In this document: in pieces, positions 61,132 to 64,000 of the stretch
Layout of the letters: the number at the start of each line of letters is the position of its first letter
Position numbering within the stretch: position 1 is the stretch's first letter
The notes under the pieces: model-generated
Seen by the model: only the letters and a program-made list of their open reading frames with translations
Told to the model about the DNA's origin: nothing
The model's database searches: none
Position numbers and translations under genes: made by a program
Assembly (NCBI RefSeq): GCF_963676685.1
Contig: NC_092351.1
Coordinates: forward strand, 12,028,001 to 12,092,000
From: Mytilus edulis
Lineage: Eukaryota
Length of the DNA stretch: 64,000 nucleotides
Direction of reading: 5' to 3'

Positions 61132-64000
61132 TCTAGTGTGCTGTGTTTTGTGTCTGTGTGCTTGTCAACTCTAGTTTTCAGCACCGCTGGCTTACAGAAA
61201 TGTGAAAAAGAGCAGTTTGTCAGTCTCATCCTGCCAGTACATAGCCTCTCCACATCAAGTCCTTGTGGTACCTCCCCGTGGTAACAGATGGATACTGAGC
61301 ACCGAAAGGCCTCAGGCATAACTACAAGGGCGACGGGAAGATGGGTCTCGTGAGCCTATGAAGGCAGACTGTCTAGGAGAAGGAAAACTCTGATTTCTAA
61401 TCCCGGTTTGTGGTACCCGTTAGTCCTTTCAAGACAACCACTCCAGCTATTGGACAAATAGTGGGGAGATCACTGCCCCGGCGGAAGATTGCTGCTAATC
61501 GACAACGGCAAAGGGCGTATGAGGACAAACAATGCCCCACCGGCCAGTGACCCGTATGGGGAAGGCTACATTCCAGATGCCTTTACAAAACCACCTGGAA
61601 CCTTTAGGTAGGCCAATCCCCCGCTTAGAGGTTAAAACGGATTACAGAAACACGAAACGAAAATTTACAAACCTTGGATGAAAGAGAAAGAAGACCTTTA
61701 CATAGAAGGAGAATGACGTTGGATGGCCAAAACCGAAAGGAAGCTACACAACTGAGACTTCTGAACTCTAAATCCGCAACAAAGATAGAAACATGGAATG
61801 TGAGATCTATGTACATTTCAGGAAAAGTGCAAGCAATCGCCAATGAAATGAAGGCATATGAAATAGGCATACTAGGAATAGCGGAAGCAAGATGGAATGA
61901 TGCAGGACAATCAAAACTAACATCAGGAGAAATGATTATATACTCTTCACATATGGAGGAGAACGGTCAACATTCTGAAGGAGTTGCCATTATGCTGTCA
62001 AAAGAAGCTCAGAAAACATTAATTGGATGGGAGCCAATAAGTGCAAGAATCATCATGGCAAAATTCAAGACCACAAATAAAAGGATATCATTAAACATCA
62101 TCCAATGCTATGCCCCTACAAATGGCGCAGAGGACAATATCAAGGAAGAATTCTATCAATTGCTGGTAGAAATCACAAGGAAATGTAGCTCCAAAGACAT
62201 CACAATCTTAATGGGAGACCTAAATGCTAAAGTAGGAAGCGACAACACCGGTTATGAACAAGTAATAGGAAGACATGGGCTAGGAGAAATGAATGAGAAT
62301 GGAGAGCTCTTTGCCAACCACTGTGCAAATCACAATCTGGTCATCGGTGGAACAGTTTTCTCACACAAAAAATGTCATCTAGCAACATGGGTATCTCCAG
62401 ACATGAACACTGAAAACCAAATAGATCATGTCTGCATCTCCAAGAAGTTTAGGAGAAGTTTACAAGATGTCCGAGTTAAAAGAGGAGCTGACGCTGCCAC
62501 TGACCACCACCTTATTGTAGCTAAAGCCAAATTGAAGCTGAAGAAACACCAAATTATTGAATCAACAGGAAAACGATTTTACATATCAATGTTGGAAAAC
62601 AAAACAAAGAAATCAGAATTCCCGATAGAGCCAAAAATCGCTTGTCAACATTTCAGAATGCAGCAGAGGAAGTAATTTCAATAGAAGATCACTGGCAAGA
62701 GATTAAAAAGCTTTCACGACGTTTGCGAAACATCAGTTGGTTTAAAACATAGGAAACATCAGGAATGGATAACGCCAGAAACACTTGTAAAAGTAGAAAA
62801 AAGGAAAAATATAAAAAAATATCCTGAACAACAGCAAAACAAGATCAGCAAAACAATCAGCCTGAAGAGAGTATACTATAGCTAACAATGATGTCAGGAA
62901 CAGTGCAAGGAGAGATAAGAAGGCATTTGTAGACAAACTGACAGCAGAAGCAGAAGAAGCAGCCAGAGCAAACAATATCAAAGGTCTGTATGACAACATA
63001 AAACTGCTAATTGGTAAATACCAGAAAGGTAGACCAGTCAAAAGCAAAGAAGGGAAAACACTTAACACTCATGAAGACCAAACGAAAAGATGGGTTGAGC
63101 ATTTCAAGGGTGTGCTAAACCAGGACCCACCTGTAAGAAAAGCTGACATCTCACCCTCGGAAGAGCTTTTGGCAGTGGAGTGTAAAAGACCATTAACAGG
63201 AGAAATAAAGAAAGCCATAAAAATGATAAAGAACAACAAAGCTCCAGGTCCTGACAACATACCTGCAGAGGCACTGAAAGCAGACATTGAAACATCAACT
63301 CAAATGCTATATGAGCTGTTTGGAAAGATCTGGGAAGAAGAAGAGGTCCCGCTAGAATGGAAAGAAGGACACATGGTAAAGCTTTCAAAGAAGGGCAATT
63401 TAAGCATTTGTGACAACTATAGAGGAATAATGCTACTATCAGTTCAAGGGAAAGTTTTAAATAGTTATGTTAAACCGACTCAAAAATGCAATAGATGAAA
63501 AGCTTTGTGACAACCAATCTGGATTTAGACAAAACCGATCATGTGCAGACCAAATAGCAACCTTACGTATCATCCTCGAACAATCACAAGAGTTCAATTC
63601 ATCACTCTATTCCGTTTTTGTCGACTTTGCCAAAGATTTTGACAGCTTAGATAGAGATGTGTTGTGGCAGTTAATAAGACACTATGGCATTCCTGAAAAA
63701 AATTATTACCATCATCAGAAACACCTATACAGGAATGCCGAGTAAGATTATAGATGAAGGTCAATTAACAGAGGCCTTTGATATAACAACTGGGGTAAGA
63801 CAAGGCTGTCTCCTTTCACCTGTGCTATTCGTCCTGTCAGTTGGCAGATGGCAGACAAAATGGCATCCAATGGACCATGTTCACTCAGCTGGATGACCTA
63901 GACTTTGCCGATGACATTGCATTGCTATCCCACAACCACCAACAAATGCAGGACAAACTAGAGCAGGTTGAAAAGAGAGCAGCAGAAACGGGCCTTTCCA
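61132..64000 (+). mobile_element. RTE-clade LINE with 5' UTR, frameshifted single ORF, running off the right edge
   Basis: APE: TWNVR, GIAEARW, QCYAPT, GDLNAKVG, NQIDH, TDHHL (61674-62675). RT pieces: KAPGPD, YRGI, QSGFR, FVDF..DFDS, GVRQGCLLSP, DFADD, spread over several frames with stops. Confidence 0.92.

Overview
AT-rich, intron-containing invertebrate genomic DNA. The HSPA12 expansion and the repeat content point to a bivalve, most likely a mytilid mussel (inference). The host genes are four HSPA12-type atypical Hsp70 paralogues: one partial, running off the left edge, and three complete four-coding-exon genes of about 579-583 aa sharing intron phases 0,0,1. The rest is a dense mobile-element landscape. 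It includes an apparently intact two-ORF CR1/L2-group LINE (28.5-34.6 kb), a three-level nest of an L1/Tx1 inside an L2 inside a tRNA-box repeat, a decayed RTE, SINEs, many MITEs and hairpin elements. Two regions stand out. The first is a GC-rich Polinton/Maverick relic (packaging ATPase plus adenain-like protease) whose terminus carries a dense CArG/AP-1/CRE array, bracketed by an inverted duplication of host DNA just upstream of one HSPA12 gene. The second is a circularly permuted, self-complementary tRNA-box repeat with a variant minimal hammerhead motif (retrozyme/Penelope-like) at the window start. All coordinates were read by eye; no searches or folding were run.
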